From IMG/VR virus record IMGVR_UViG_3300028797_000093: 64,000 bases of DNA, one strand, 5' to 3'. The stretch's first letter is position 1; each line of letters starts with the position of its first letter. The stretch comes from a virus (taxonomy: Duplodnaviria > Caudoviricetes). The notes under the pieces were generated by a model, which searched no databases, was not told where the DNA came from, and saw nothing but the letters and a program-made list of their open reading frames with translations. This document shows, piece by piece, positions 18,878 to 29,493 of this stretch. The position numbers and the translations under genes are program-made.

Positions 18878-20524
18878 TCAATAATCCTCATCATCAATCT
18901 TGGTAGGAAAATCTTCGGCTGCTGTGTAGTCAGAAGCTTTGAGTCTCAGCTTCTTTCCACCATAGACAGAGCCATCTCCCTTCCTGAGAACACCATTCTC
19001 ATCGAAGTAATACTCACCACTACAGATCTTATCATTAATAGCTTGATCTGCAGCTGAAAGTTTCTTATTTTTATTAATGTATTTCATCTTGACCTGCTGA
19101 GAATTTCTTCTCTTTCCAGTTCTATCTGCCTGTTTTGCTGTATTATTCTGAGTCTCTTCATTTCTTCCTGATTTATCCGATCCATTTCCCTCGATCTGAC
19201 AATCGTCTCTTCTTCCTGAGTTGTCCGATCCACTTTGTTCACTTCCCTCGATCTTACCCTCATTACTGGATCGAAAGGATTCCTCATCTTCATCAGAATT
19301 TTTTTCTTCTTTCTTATCCTCAACTGCTACTTTCTTAGTTTTATTAGCAGCAGGAGTCTTTTCTTCAGTCTTTACAACAGTCTTCTTATTTTGATCTACA
19401 TTACCCTTAACGACTTTCACGTTAAGATCCCTATCATTCTTTACAGGCTTCCCGCCAGTAATGATAGTCTTGAAACCAGGCTCTTCAACTTTACTGGGCT
19501 CACTAGTATCAAGAGAGATCTCAATAACTTTGCTGTTATCTTCAACCTTCTGCTCTGTTTCTTCTTCCTTAATGGTCACTTGACCCTGAGGACGATAATT
19601 AGCAATAACAACATCAAATTCTTTCTTATTGAGACGGTTCTTCTTAACCTTTCTCATATGAGGTTTAACGATAGTATCGGAATTGCTATCGCTAGTGGAA
19701 ATAACCTCATCACCACGTTTTACCTGTACGATCATTGGATATTTACCTCCTCCAATTATGGTATCCATTATTACCTTGTTTTCGACTATATTTCTTTTTA
19801 AATCTCTAGCAAGATATCGCTTACCACACTTCTTGCAGATCAATTCATTAAAACCTGCATCGTAATCTATTTCTCCACCACATGGAATACCAGTAATAGG
19901 ATCTGTTACATTACATACTAGTTTATCTCCATCTAATTCAAATAGATAAGGATAATCCAATAGCACTGGACCAAATCCTACTCTAGTACCCCAATTCATA
20001 AAATACTTAGTACCAATATCTTCCATAACATAAAGACCAAGTATCCTATTAGTAATCAATTCATAAATATCTTCTGCTATCATTTCAAACTCAGAAGGTC
20101 TTATAATAGGTTCTACTCTTTCTGAGAGAGCCACAGTACCACACTCAGATACATGAAAGGTCTTTGCTACGAAAGGTTTTAATATCTCTTGATTTCTAAA
20201 TTCGTTTGGATTATCTTTCATCCCAACTCTATCTATAGCAACTTTTGCTACAAATGCTTGACTTTCCTCGAACTTATAGATTATTCTATTAGTCCCAGCT
20301 TGGAATCTCTTGAATCCTCTTCTTCTCATTATATCATCCATCATTTTTCTCTTCACATCTATCTTTGCAGATAGTCTGAGAGAAGTAGCAATGTCTCTTA
20401 GAGCTGCTACATCTTGATCAGATAGAAAATAAGATATTGGAGGAATCTGCATTATATCAAATTGAAACTTAATGGGATCTACTTGCTTAGATCTCATTAT
20501 ATTGAGTAGATCTACATTAGCCAC
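18878..20524 (-). CDS. protein-kinase-like domain + Zn ribbon + disordered charged tail
   Basis: AGTNRIIY (Gly-loop-like), VAKVA, NEF, EDIG...MNWG, PVLLDY; then CGG...CKKCG. Confidence 0.55.
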   Translation of the reverse strand: MANVDLLNIMRSKQVDPIKFQFDIMQIPPISYFLSDQDVAALRDIATSLRLSAKIDVKRKMMDDIMRRRGFKRFQAGTNRIIYKFEESQAFVAKVAIDRVGMKDNPNEFRNQEILKPFVAKTFHVSECGTVALSERVEPIIRPSEFEMIAEDIYELITNRILGLYVMEDIGTKYFMNWGTRVGFGPVLLDYPYLFELDGDKLVCNVTDPITGIPCGGEIDYDAGFNELICKKCGKRYLARDLKRNIVENKVIMDTIIGGGKYPMIVQVKRGDEVISTSDSNSDTIVKPHMRKVKKNRLNKKEFDVVIANYRPQGQVTIKEEETEQKVEDNSKVIEISLDTSEPSKVEEPGFKTIITGGKPVKNDRDLNVKVVKGNVDQNKKTVVKTEEKTPAANKTKKVAVEDKKEEKNSDEDEESFRSSNEGKIEGSEQSGSDNSGRRDDCQIEGNGSDKSGRNEETQNNTAKQADRTGKRRNSQQVKMKYINKNKKLSAADQAINDKICSGEYYFDENGVLRKGDGSVYGGKKLRLKASDYTAAEDFPTKIDDEDY

Positions 20525-21806
20525 TTCTACTAAATATCTCCTCTCTCACTACATTATCATGAAGAGATTGCATAAAAGCCGCTTTTCTTGCATCCATTTC
20601 TTTCTGCAAGATTCCTTCTTTGAATGGAGAATCATCTACTCTATTCTTTATAAAGTCAGGAACAGTAAGAGTTATCTTACCTGTATTGGCATCTCTGACA
20701 AACCCTTCAGCCACTCTAGGATCAACTCCTGGAGATACTAGCATACCATTAGGAAGAACACCATTTCTTCCCTGAATGATATTTGGAGGATTTATCTTTT
20801 TACCAGTTGTCTTATAGATAAGATTTCTATAAGCTTGACTGTTATAAATATCAAGAATCATATTGATCTTAGACTTCTTAAAATCTTCTTCTTTCATCTC
20901 TCTTACAATTTTTGGTGCTACATTCTTCAAGAAGTCAAACATATCCATATTATCTCCTTGTCTCTCTGTAGCATTCTGATATAGATAGATATCTCTTTGT
21001 CTTAGATATTCTTGATATTGTAGAAAGTTTCTATATATCATATCTTCATTAGCTGCCATATACTCACATCTTGCAAGAGTATACTCATCTGGAGCTTTAT
21101 TTACTTTAGATATTACCTCTTCACCTTTCATTATTACAACAACCATCTTAGAACAATCTACAGAAGAAGATGGCTTAGATAAATCCATCATGAATGGATT
21201 ATTAGTCTTTACTTTCTTCTCTTGTACAGAATAATACTTTCTTATTTTTTCTTTAGCCTCAGGGCTAGTATTATCTGTATTCTTAAAGAAGATTTCTAAA
21301 CCCTTTTGAAAAATCTCAGCATCAGTCTGCAATTGATCCATATAGGTCACCCCAGCAGCTATCGCATTCTGCATAACACTTCTGGAATATTCATCAGATG
21401 GATCATATCCATAGAATGGATCAATAGTAGGATCATATGCTCTTATATCCTGTTGTCCATTCCCATACTGTAGATTCATATAATTTGGCATATAGGAATT
21501 TACAGCAACACTAAAGTTAGGAACAGCTCCACTTGGACTGAAATAAGGATTGCTATATCCTTGTAAGAACAATGGACTTACCACATTAGGAACCATATTT
21601 CCATAATTAGGATTACTTTGTTGAAGCCTAGCCTGTTGTTGCATCATAGACATCTGCATAGGATCAGGATAAGCTTGTACGGGTTGTTGAGGAGCAACTG
21701 TTGGAGTTGCTCCCATATACATTCCTGGATTAATAGATCCAGTACCATTATTCGGATTTATATCATTCATCATTTGTTGTATTATAGGAGAATTTACATT
21801 AAACAA
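20517..21806 (-). CDS. hypothetical protein with N/Q/P/M-rich N-terminus
   Basis: 429-aa ORF with GGAGG RBS. Confidence 0.7.
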   Translation of the reverse strand: MFNVNSPIIQQMMNDINPNNGTGSINPGMYMGATPTVAPQQPVQAYPDPMQMSMMQQQARLQQSNPNYGNMVPNVVSPLFLQGYSNPYFSPSGAVPNFSVAVNSYMPNYMNLQYGNGQQDIRAYDPTIDPFYGYDPSDEYSRSVMQNAIAAGVTYMDQLQTDAEIFQKGLEIFFKNTDNTSPEAKEKIRKYYSVQEKKVKTNNPFMMDLSKPSSSVDCSKMVVVIMKGEEVISKVNKAPDEYTLARCEYMAANEDMIYRNFLQYQEYLRQRDIYLYQNATERQGDNMDMFDFLKNVAPKIVREMKEEDFKKSKINMILDIYNSQAYRNLIYKTTGKKINPPNIIQGRNGVLPNGMLVSPGVDPRVAEGFVRDANTGKITLTVPDFIKNRVDDSPFKEGILQKEMDARKAAFMQSLHDNVVREEIFSRSG

Positions 21807-21873
21807 TACTCACAAACCTCCCAACTATAAATCTCTATACTCTTATATGAATATAATATCTTATTAAAATAAT

Positions 21874-22542
21874 TTATATCCAGTGTGTGAGAGCATTGAA
21901 TTTAATCATCTCAGAACTGTTAATTAGTGGAATTAGAGCACTTTCGTACTGTAAGTGTGTTCTACTACTGTCATGTAGCAATTCTCGCGATTTTGTATCA
22001 ACTTCAATATTATAAGCATTGATAAATCTAATATCAGCTCCAATATCTTTAGGAGAATATCCATTAGTACTATAAAAGAATTCTTCGGCCTTTCTCATAG
22101 CACCTTCGGATAAATTCATATGACCTTTCTGATGCACAAATGATATAGGAAGGTTATAGTCTATAATTAATCTTACTATTTCTTTAAAATAAGATTGATT
22201 CAACACAGGAGCATCATCTGATCTCTTAAGTAGACCATCAGCATTTTGATTATTAACCCATCCATATATCCATTCTCTTAATCCATATATACAAATCTTA
22301 GAATCAGAAAAGATTCTAAACCTATCAAAATCATAATCTTTTCTATTTCTATAATATAGAGCCATTAATACTGCATGATATATAGCCAATATCTCTGCAG
22401 AATTATTGGTAGCATTAAACTGTCTCACATAATAACAGTCTATAGGAGATTTAAAATCTTCTGAAACCAAATATATACCTGCACATCCAATTCTATGGTA
22501 AGTATCCATAGAAGCATCACAAAAAATATTTCCTATACTCAT
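21874..22542 (-). CDS. rnhA: ribonuclease H
   Basis: IFCDAS, TNNSAEILAI, IFSDS, KGH: RNase HI catalytic motifs. Confidence 0.85.
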   Translation of the reverse strand: MSIGNIFCDASMDTYHRIGCAGIYLVSEDFKSPIDCYYVRQFNATNNSAEILAIYHAVLMALYYRNRKDYDFDRFRIFSDSKICIYGLREWIYGWVNNQNADGLLKRSDDAPVLNQSYFKEIVRLIIDYNLPISFVHQKGHMNLSEGAMRKAEEFFYSTNGYSPKDIGADIRFINAYNIEVDTKSRELLHDSSRTHLQYESALIPLINSSEMIKFNALTHWI

Positions 22543-22673
22543 TAAATTATATCCTTTCAGATAATCTCTTTTATTAATCTGATGTATTAGCTCTATTTAT
22601 AATATACAATTACATAAAAGAATGAGGGTAGTGGAATAACCACTACCCTCAAATTGGTGCCCAGAAAAGAATC

Positions 22674-23246
22674 TTAGCGCTTACGCCAATTGACCTTCTT
22701 GTTGCTCAGGTCACGAGTCAGCAGAGCTAGCTCCAGAGTTGCCAGGCCCTTGAAGCCATGAGCAGCTTCCTGCTGAGCAGCAGCAACAATCTCCTTAACC
22801 TCTTCGGCAGGAGGAGCAATGACAACAACATCAGCGCTGTCGATGTCTACGTCAACAGTCTCACCAGAATCGAGCTGGCCAACATCGGTATTGGCAGCAG
22901 CGACCTGCTCAACAGCCTCAGCAGCATCTTCGATCTCGTTCTCTTCCATGAAGTACCGAAGCTGAGCGTACTCAACTAGATACTTAATGCGAGGAGTGCC
23001 ATGAATACCAGCAGACTCATGACGAATCAGGCTTACCATCTCTGCAGTGACCTTGAGCTCAGTGGTGTCAACAGGCTGACCATTGCTCTCTACAGGCTCA
23101 CCGGAGATTGCAGGAATGTTTTCCATAGCGTCGTCGAGCTCAGCGACAACGTCCTTCACCTGCTGGGAATCACCAAAGTTCTCAGCAGAGGTCTCTTCAG
23201 CTTCTTCACGAATAACCTTGTAAGGATTGATAAACAGCTTAGACAT
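22674..23246 (-). CDS. acidic hypothetical protein with high-GC codon usage, possible virion protein
   Basis: AGGAGG RBS; AACA-N6-TA at 23311-23322; own terminator at ~22624-22650. Confidence 0.7.
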   Translation of the reverse strand: MSKLFINPYKVIREEAEETSAENFGDSQQVKDVVAELDDAMENIPAISGEPVESNGQPVDTTELKVTAEMVSLIRHESAGIHGTPRIKYLVEYAQLRYFMEENEIEDAAEAVEQVAAANTDVGQLDSGETVDVDIDSADVVVIAPPAEEVKEIVAAAQQEAAHGFKGLATLELALLTRDLSNKKVNWRKR

Positions 23247-23348
23247 TACTAGATTTCCTCCTAATTGTATTATTTATGAATGTTGTGATATAGTATTCAT
23301 AAATGGAATTTATTTATATGTTAGACCTAAGCTCTAAAATTAAATTAA

Positions 23349-24086
23349 TTAGTCTAATTTGATAGTATTACCTTCTACAATTTCTCCTATTCTACCCTTA
23401 AGCATACCTATAATCTCATTAGTAGAAGGATTTTCTCCAGGCATACCAGACATATCAGCATAAATAAATTGTTTACTCAGAAGAGTCTTATATATATCTT
23501 CATATTCAGATTCTGGAGTATTTTCAAGTCTCTCCAGAGTATCGAGTTGTTCTGGTAGAATCCAAGGCTTATAAGCTTCTGCAAAGTATTTATAATTACC
23601 ATAATAATTTCTTGGAGAAATAAATAGATATCTATTCCCCACTAGTTCATGAACTGTAGCAGATAGTGGAATGAGTCCTACACACATATTGTAATGTAGA
23701 TACATAACTTCTTTAGCTATTAAATGCTCAGCTAGAGGTTCATTAAAAGAAAGTCTCTTTCTATATACTATCTCACATATATCGCATAAAGAGAAAGGTC
23801 CATGATGAATCTCTATCTTAATAGCAGAAGTATCTGAGTTAGTTACATTCTTATAGAATGCGCACTCTGTCATATTAGCATATTGTTTCAGATAAGATAC
23901 CATAGCTCTGTATTCAAAGCTACCTCTTACCGTCTTCTCAATAGCTCTAATAAACTTAATATACTCTTTAGGATCATTTAGATCCCAATCTTGAAGATCA
24001 TAGTCTGGTAATTCATCTATTTTAATAACCTTCTGAGGTTCTACTAAATACTCATAAGGCTGTCTTATATTTTGTGGATCAATCAT
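23349..24086 (-). CDS. hypothetical protein, possible HNH-like fold; paralog of 15574-16242
   Basis: ECAFY...KIEIHH...LSATVHELV. Confidence 0.6.
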   Translation of the reverse strand: MIDPQNIRQPYEYLVEPQKVIKIDELPDYDLQDWDLNDPKEYIKFIRAIEKTVRGSFEYRAMVSYLKQYANMTECAFYKNVTNSDTSAIKIEIHHGPFSLCDICEIVYRKRLSFNEPLAEHLIAKEVMYLHYNMCVGLIPLSATVHELVGNRYLFISPRNYYGNYKYFAEAYKPWILPEQLDTLERLENTPESEYEDIYKTLLSKQFIYADMSGMPGENPSTNEIIGMLKGRIGEIVEGNTIKLD

Positions 24087-24199
24087 AGCGATAACTCACC
24101 TTCTAATATTTCTTATTATTATGTAATCTAATCTATTTATGATATTATAGACAAAAAATAAACCATGGGAAGGGGTTTACCCATGGTTTATTTTATATA

Positions 24200-24802
24200 T
24201 TACAATCCCAACAGGGAATTGTAATCAGAATCAATATCAACATTGGTAGAAGATGAATTTGGCTTTTCTACTCTACACCAAGCTGTCTCATCACGAATAT
24301 AAATAATATTAGCATCTTTTATTTGATCAAGAACTTCTTCAAAACACTTACGTTCAGTTTTATAATTGGAAAACATAGTACCATTTGAATGATCATAATG
24401 TTTTAAAGTTATATTATCAGCATCCATCTCAATGATATGGCATTCATAAGAGATTCTGCTATAGAATGCAATCCATGAAGGCCCAACTCTTTCATCAATG
24501 AATTTTGTATGACCATCTGTATACTGCTTCAGATATCTAATGAAATCTTCAGTATTTATGGAAACTTTGCTCAAAGATTTAATACTGCAATTTCCATCTG
24601 TTTTAAACTTAAAGATCATTAGAGTACTATCATTATTATAATCATCAGATATTCTGATAATACATTCAATAGCCTTCTCATGCTCTTTCTCTTCATCTTT
24701 ATTTTCAAGATTCAGACGAATATTTACTTCATCTAGAAGATTCTCAGAGAAGCTCTCTATCTCGGATTCAATAATCCTCCTAATATCTTCAGGAAGTCCC
24801 AT
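24200..24802 (-). CDS. hypothetical protein
   Basis: 200-aa ORF with GGAGGA RBS. Confidence 0.65.
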   Translation of the reverse strand: MGLPEDIRRIIESEIESFSENLLDEVNIRLNLENKDEEKEHEKAIECIIRISDDYNNDSTLMIFKFKTDGNCSIKSLSKVSINTEDFIRYLKQYTDGHTKFIDERVGPSWIAFYSRISYECHIIEMDADNITLKHYDHSNGTMFSNYKTERKCFEEVLDQIKDANIIYIRDETAWCRVEKPNSSSTNVDIDSDYNSLLGL

Positions 24803-24812
24803 ATAATCCTCC

Positions 24813-25310
24813 TTATTCTACATATTCTTCTATATCTGGATAGAATACCTGATTGATTAGTTCAGGGAAGAATTTTTGATTAGTATCTTTACAATATTTC
24901 TCTATAAGAGCTATGTAATCCTTTTTAGTAAGAGGAGTACTCTCTATCGGTAAATACTTTCCAAAAGGAATATTAATGTGTTTGAATTCAAATAATTGTT
25001 CTTCTGTTAGATAACTCTCTGGAATATATAGTTTAAGAAATCCATTAAATTGCCCATAGATATCATAAGCTATATTATCATATACCCATACAAAATAGTA
25101 TAGAGGAACCGCTAGACAGACTTCTCCTCCATCAAAAGTATTCTTTAATAGATGAGCAAAATGCCAACAATATCCTGCTCCGAATACATTTTGAAAATCA
25201 TCAATAGTATTTATATCTCTGATTTGAATTTTGTAAGTAAAACGACTGATAAAGTCTAATATAATAGATTTAGGATATTTATACTTTTTCTCATTAGCAG
25301 GTGAAGTCAT
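24813..25310 (-). CDS. hypothetical protein
   Basis: 165-aa ORF; FGAGYCWHFA...YDIYG. Confidence 0.65.
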   Translation of the reverse strand: MTSPANEKKYKYPKSIILDFISRFTYKIQIRDINTIDDFQNVFGAGYCWHFAHLLKNTFDGGEVCLAVPLYYFVWVYDNIAYDIYGQFNGFLKLYIPESYLTEEQLFEFKHINIPFGKYLPIESTPLTKKDYIALIEKYCKDTNQKFFPELINQVFYPDIEEYVE

Positions 25311-25893
25311 CGAATGATTTCCTTTCTCTCATATCCATAAAGTAGATAGACTTCTTTTCACTATCAGGAAGAGAGTCTATATACTCAATTAATTCTTCTA
25401 CAAAATATTTATTAAACTCATCCACATAATTAAATCTAAAAGTTTTTCTAGAAGCATCAGGACTAATAATGGTAGCAATAGGAGAATAATTTTCTCCATA
25501 TTCAATTGCTACAATATAATCAGAAGTAATATTATACTCTCTTTCTTCATAAAAGAGAGTATATCCATTAACTTCTTTAAGACATTCATATCCTTCAACA
25601 GTTAAATTTATTCTTTTAGAAGTTCCACCCATATATCTAAACTCTGCTACATCATGCTTGCTATCAGAAGTTTTATATAATCTAACAGCAAAAGGTACAG
25701 GTTTTGTAGATATTTTATTGTCACTTTTATCACAATATTTCAGTGCACATTTATTGCACACATAAAACATAGGATTTTGTTTATTTTCAGCAAAGTACTT
25801 TACAGATCCACTAGTATCACCACAGAAGTAACACTCATGATCATGACGATTATCAGGTTCTAATAGACCTAATTTAAATCCCATTACTCTCAT
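25294..25893 (-). CDS. paralog family member with N-terminal Zn finger
   Basis: CYFC...CNKC; AVRLY..AEF..INL..GY..FYEER..IYFMDMR. Confidence 0.65.
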   Translation of the reverse strand: MRVMGFKLGLLEPDNRHDHECYFCGDTSGSVKYFAENKQNPMFYVCNKCALKYCDKSDNKISTKPVPFAVRLYKTSDSKHDVAEFRYMGGTSKRINLTVEGYECLKEVNGYTLFYEEREYNITSDYIVAIEYGENYSPIATIISPDASRKTFRFNYVDEFNKYFVEELIEYIDSLPDSEKKSIYFMDMRERKSFDDFTC

Positions 25894-25908
25894 TGCTATT
25901 TTTATCCT

Positions 25909-26376
25909 TTATAGATCTTCATATTTAGGCCTACTCATCCTATTATCTACAAAGTATATAGGAGAATTATCTTCTTCATAATCTTTACGAGTATACATCT
26001 TAAATTTCATATATTGAGAACTACGACTAATATCCCAAATATCATGTCTAGAATCATGGTCATAAATAACCATTTTCTGATAATATCTATTTTCACTATC
26101 AGTATTGTCAGAAATTACAATAACTGTAGCTTCTTTAGAAAGTTCCTGGAGATTATCTCCATTTACGATTCTCTCATCATAGAAATACATACTAGGATTA
26201 GTTAATTTATGGATATATTTATATCCATACAGAGAAAGATTTATTCCGAGATAGCTACCATTCTTAGATTTAAACTCAGCAATGGTGCCATATTTATTTT
26301 CATATATTCTAACTGCTATAAAATCGAGATCAATAAAATTATTAAAAGGATCTTTATCAACTACTAGTCTCACCAT
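25909..26376 (-). CDS. paralog family member
   Basis: AVRIY..AEF..INL..GY..FYDER..IYFVDNR. Confidence 0.65.
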   Translation of the reverse strand: MVRLVVDKDPFNNFIDLDFIAVRIYENKYGTIAEFKSKNGSYLGINLSLYGYKYIHKLTNPSMYFYDERIVNGDNLQELSKEATVIVISDNTDSENRYYQKMVIYDHDSRHDIWDISRSSQYMKFKMYTRKDYEEDNSPIYFVDNRMSRPKYEDL

Positions 26377-26671
26377 CTATTGTCTCCTGAATAATAATGT
26401 ATCTGCTAATAGCATTATTATGATATTTAGTTTCAACCTTATAAATATCCTTTTCAGGACTTTTATCCATAATACAATCAGTGATCAGATTCATATCAAT
26501 CTTTGGACTATCAGTATAATACATTGCTTTTACATAGTCAATATCTTTATTGAGAATGAACTGAAGGCATTCTCTGATACTGGTCTTTACACACAGATAT
26601 CCATACTTTTCAGGATTGATGTGATCATCTTCATCAATACTAATCAGTTCTGTGACTACAAAAATCTTCAT
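26357..26671 (-). CDS. hypothetical protein
   Basis: 104-aa ORF in operon. Confidence 0.55.
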   Translation of the reverse strand: MKIFVVTELISIDEDDHINPEKYGYLCVKTSIRECLQFILNKDIDYVKAMYYTDSPKIDMNLITDCIMDKSPEKDIYKVETKYHNNAISRYIIIQETIDGETSS

Positions 26672-26877
26672 TACGCTTCCTCCTTTCCTTCCTCTATACT
26701 ATTATATTTTACAAATCCATTAGCAAATGTCATTTTCATATGACAAGCAGTACAAATAATTTTTGTTTTACCAGTATCTTTATCTATAATAGGTCTATAT
26801 GCAAGATCTCCACCACATATATCACACTTAGGCAGAGAATTAATATATTCTATAGCTAATTCATGTCTACTCTTCAT
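26671..26877 (-). CDS. small Zn-ribbon protein
   Basis: CDICGG...CTAC. Confidence 0.55.
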   Translation of the reverse strand: MKSRHELAIEYINSLPKCDICGGDLAYRPIIDKDTGKTKIICTACHMKMTFANGFVKYNSIEEGKEEA

Positions 26878-26880
26878 ATA

Positions 26881-27396
26881 TTAGAATATTTCTTCATACT
26901 CAGGCTTTATTCTTCTATCGACAAAATACATATGGCCAGGTAAAGTCTTATACATATTTTCTTTAATAATCCTCCAATAAGTACTAAACATGTCTTCAAG
27001 ATCATCACCAGAGAGAATATATTCTTTCTTCTCAGGCCCATTCCAGATACGCATATTGGGATGGGTACCACATGCTCCATCGTTACCATCTTCAATTAAG
27101 AAGATAATACTTCTATCATGATAAACAGAAAGATTAGAAAAATCAGATTTATGTTCTGACACTAATCTCATCTTTTCTATAATATAACTATTTCTACTAT
27201 CATAGAACCAAGTTAGAGGATCAGTGAAGTTATAAAGTCCTTCATATCCAAACCTACCAATTTCAGTAGTAATAACAACACCATCATTAAACTTAAATTC
27301 AATCACATCTCTATTATCTTTATACGTAAGACAAACTGCTACAGCTTTCTTATTGGAAGATACAATATTAGAAATTGTACTATTCAGATTAACCAT
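26881..27396 (-). CDS. paralog family member
   Basis: AVCLTY..IEF..GY..FYDSR..MYFVDRR. Confidence 0.65.
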   Translation of the reverse strand: MVNLNSTISNIVSSNKKAVAVCLTYKDNRDVIEFKFNDGVVITTEIGRFGYEGLYNFTDPLTWFYDSRNSYIIEKMRLVSEHKSDFSNLSVYHDRSIIFLIEDGNDGACGTHPNMRIWNGPEKKEYILSGDDLEDMFSTYWRIIKENMYKTLPGHMYFVDRRIKPEYEEIF

Positions 27397-27424
27397 GTTT
27401 TCTTCTTCCTTCTTTTATAATAGA

Positions 27425-28033
27425 CTAAATCCACTCGTCAAATTCACATTTCTTTCTCTTATCTACAAAGAAGATATCCTTCACATCTCTATCTTTAAAG
27501 ATAGGATAAAAGTATTCTTTACGTTCTTCTGCTTTCGTATACTCAATTACATTGTATTTATAATTATTATAAACCACAACAGCATTAGGTCTAGTGATAT
27601 CATCACCATAAATGATAACAGTTGGGTTTCCTTTAACTATCTCATCTGTATCAATCATACCATCTTTAAGTCTCTCATCATAGATAAGAGTATAGGCATT
27701 AATATGATCAGGAATAAACCAATATTCATAAGCAGTGATATTGACTCTTATATAAATAGATCCATTAAATCCAAATTCACCAATAGTGATTCCACTCTTA
27801 GTTTTATATATTCTCATTACTCTTGCAATTCCATAATTTTTAAGAGGATCATTATAGATATTCAATCCATATTGATCATTTTGATGCCTATTAATTATAT
27901 CAACACATGATTTGCATACTAATCTTTCTTCACCTGTATCATCAATTGTGTAGAAATCTATATCCCTATTATCTCCACAGATATGACATCTTGCAGATTC
28001 TATTCTCTCTTTAAGAGGATAAAAATATAGCAT
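27425..28033 (-). CDS. paralog family member with N-terminal Zn finger
   Basis: CHIC...CKSC; MRIY..GEF..VNI..IYDER..IFFVDKR. Confidence 0.65.
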   Translation of the reverse strand: MLYFYPLKERIESARCHICGDNRDIDFYTIDDTGEERLVCKSCVDIINRHQNDQYGLNIYNDPLKNYGIARVMRIYKTKSGITIGEFGFNGSIYIRVNITAYEYWFIPDHINAYTLIYDERLKDGMIDTDEIVKGNPTVIIYGDDITRPNAVVVYNNYKYNVIEYTKAEERKEYFYPIFKDRDVKDIFFVDKRKKCEFDEWI

Positions 28034-28050
28034 ATTATACCCCTCCTATA

Positions 28051-28269
28051 TTAGAAATTTGTACTTTTACTGAATATATTTCCATGCCTTAGATTTATTA
28101 ACCCTTGATAACATCTATCACACACATGTATAACTTTCTTTTTAGGAGCTACGTATGCATTTGATGATGCTATAAGAGGTTGAGTATCGAATGAGGTCAG
28201 CTCAAATGCTCTATAAAGATCATACTTACCGCAGATCTCACAGTATCCATAATTATTCATATCTTGCAT
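28051..28269 (-). CDS. small Zn-finger protein
   Basis: CEIC...CDRC. Confidence 0.55.
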   Translation of the reverse strand: MQDMNNYGYCEICGKYDLYRAFELTSFDTQPLIASSNAYVAPKKKVIHVCDRCYQGLINLRHGNIFSKSTNF

Positions 28270-28849
28270 TCAACTCCTTATCAGGATCATCAGGTTGAGA
28301 ATATGCAGGATTATCTGCTTCTTCATATTCAGTGTATCTATCTTCATCGAATCCAATTTGCCCATTGAGTTGTTTCTTAGTTTTCTTATTGAAAGAAGAG
28401 ATTTCTCTATTATGAAACTCTTTACCCATAGACTTTATATTGGGAATATATGCATAACAAGCATCAATAAACGAACCAATTCCAAACTCTTTATACATTC
28501 TCTGAGAATCAATATCCTCTACTGTATTTATAATATATACACACTCATCACCATCATTAATTTCAATTTCAAATTGATGAATAGCAGCGAGAACTGAGTT
28601 GTACATAATTTGTTTTAAAGTATATCTATCAAGATCATCATACAAATCAATCAGAGTTCCAATGTAAGAAGCATTTACAGGAACAGTCTTTACCTGATTA
28701 AAGAGATTGAACCCATAGTATCCGAGTTCAATAGTACCAATAGTCTTATGATCGCAAACAATATCTGCTACAGGAGATGCAGCATCCTTATGCTGCTGAT
28801 AATAATCTTTGTCAAATTTCACTTTACAGATCTTAATAGTCTTTTCCAT
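28253..28849 (-). CDS. hypothetical protein
   Basis: 198-aa ORF, first gene after the AATTGTATATTAT motif at 28893-28905. Confidence 0.7.
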   Translation of the reverse strand: MEKTIKICKVKFDKDYYQQHKDAASPVADIVCDHKTIGTIELGYYGFNLFNQVKTVPVNASYIGTLIDLYDDLDRYTLKQIMYNSVLAAIHQFEIEINDGDECVYIINTVEDIDSQRMYKEFGIGSFIDACYAYIPNIKSMGKEFHNREISSFNKKTKKQLNGQIGFDEDRYTEYEEADNPAYSQPDDPDKELNARYE

Positions 28850-28962
28850 TATTTATAAATCCCCTTTCAAAAAATCTAATAATCTTATTAATATAATATA
28901 CAATTATTATAAAAAATAAAAAAGAAGAGGCTGTAGAGTAGTTTCTACAACCTCTATTATTA

Positions 28963-29493
28963 TCAAATAATACCAGCAAGCATTACCATTATATCTTCTT
29001 CTACATCCAATACATCAAAAGCTATCTTATGGTAATAATCTCCATCTTTATTTGTATCTTTATCATCAGGATCTCCACCGTCTTTATAGATCCTGTATTT
29101 CTCTCCATATTCTTCTAATTTCTTTTTCATTACAGCTCTAAACTGTTCAAATATACCCATACAAAGATTTTCATACTCATCAAAACTCTTATTAAAGTTT
29201 TCTTCATACGTGCTATCAGAAAGAAAATACTTTAGATCAAGAAGAATTCTATCGGTTAGATAATCCAGTGTCTTTCTATCTTGACTTTCTTCGAATCTTT
29301 GGAAGTCTCCCATATTGGTTATAAATATAACCTTTCTAAACTGATCGTTATATTTATTAAGAATAATCTCTATTGCTTTAATTACAGCATTAATCTCCGC
29401 TTCAGTATAGTATTTTTTATTAATAACATCTGTGATATATTGTATAATATCTTTAATTTTGAGATTAAAAGCATTACTTGCTGCTCTATCCAT
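28963..29493 (-). CDS. hypothetical protein
   Basis: 176-aa ORF. Confidence 0.65.
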   Translation of the reverse strand: MDRAASNAFNLKIKDIIQYITDVINKKYYTEAEINAVIKAIEIILNKYNDQFRKVIFITNMGDFQRFEESQDRKTLDYLTDRILLDLKYFLSDSTYEENFNKSFDEYENLCMGIFEQFRAVMKKKLEEYGEKYRIYKDGGDPDDKDTNKDGDYYHKIAFDVLDVEEDIMVMLAGII

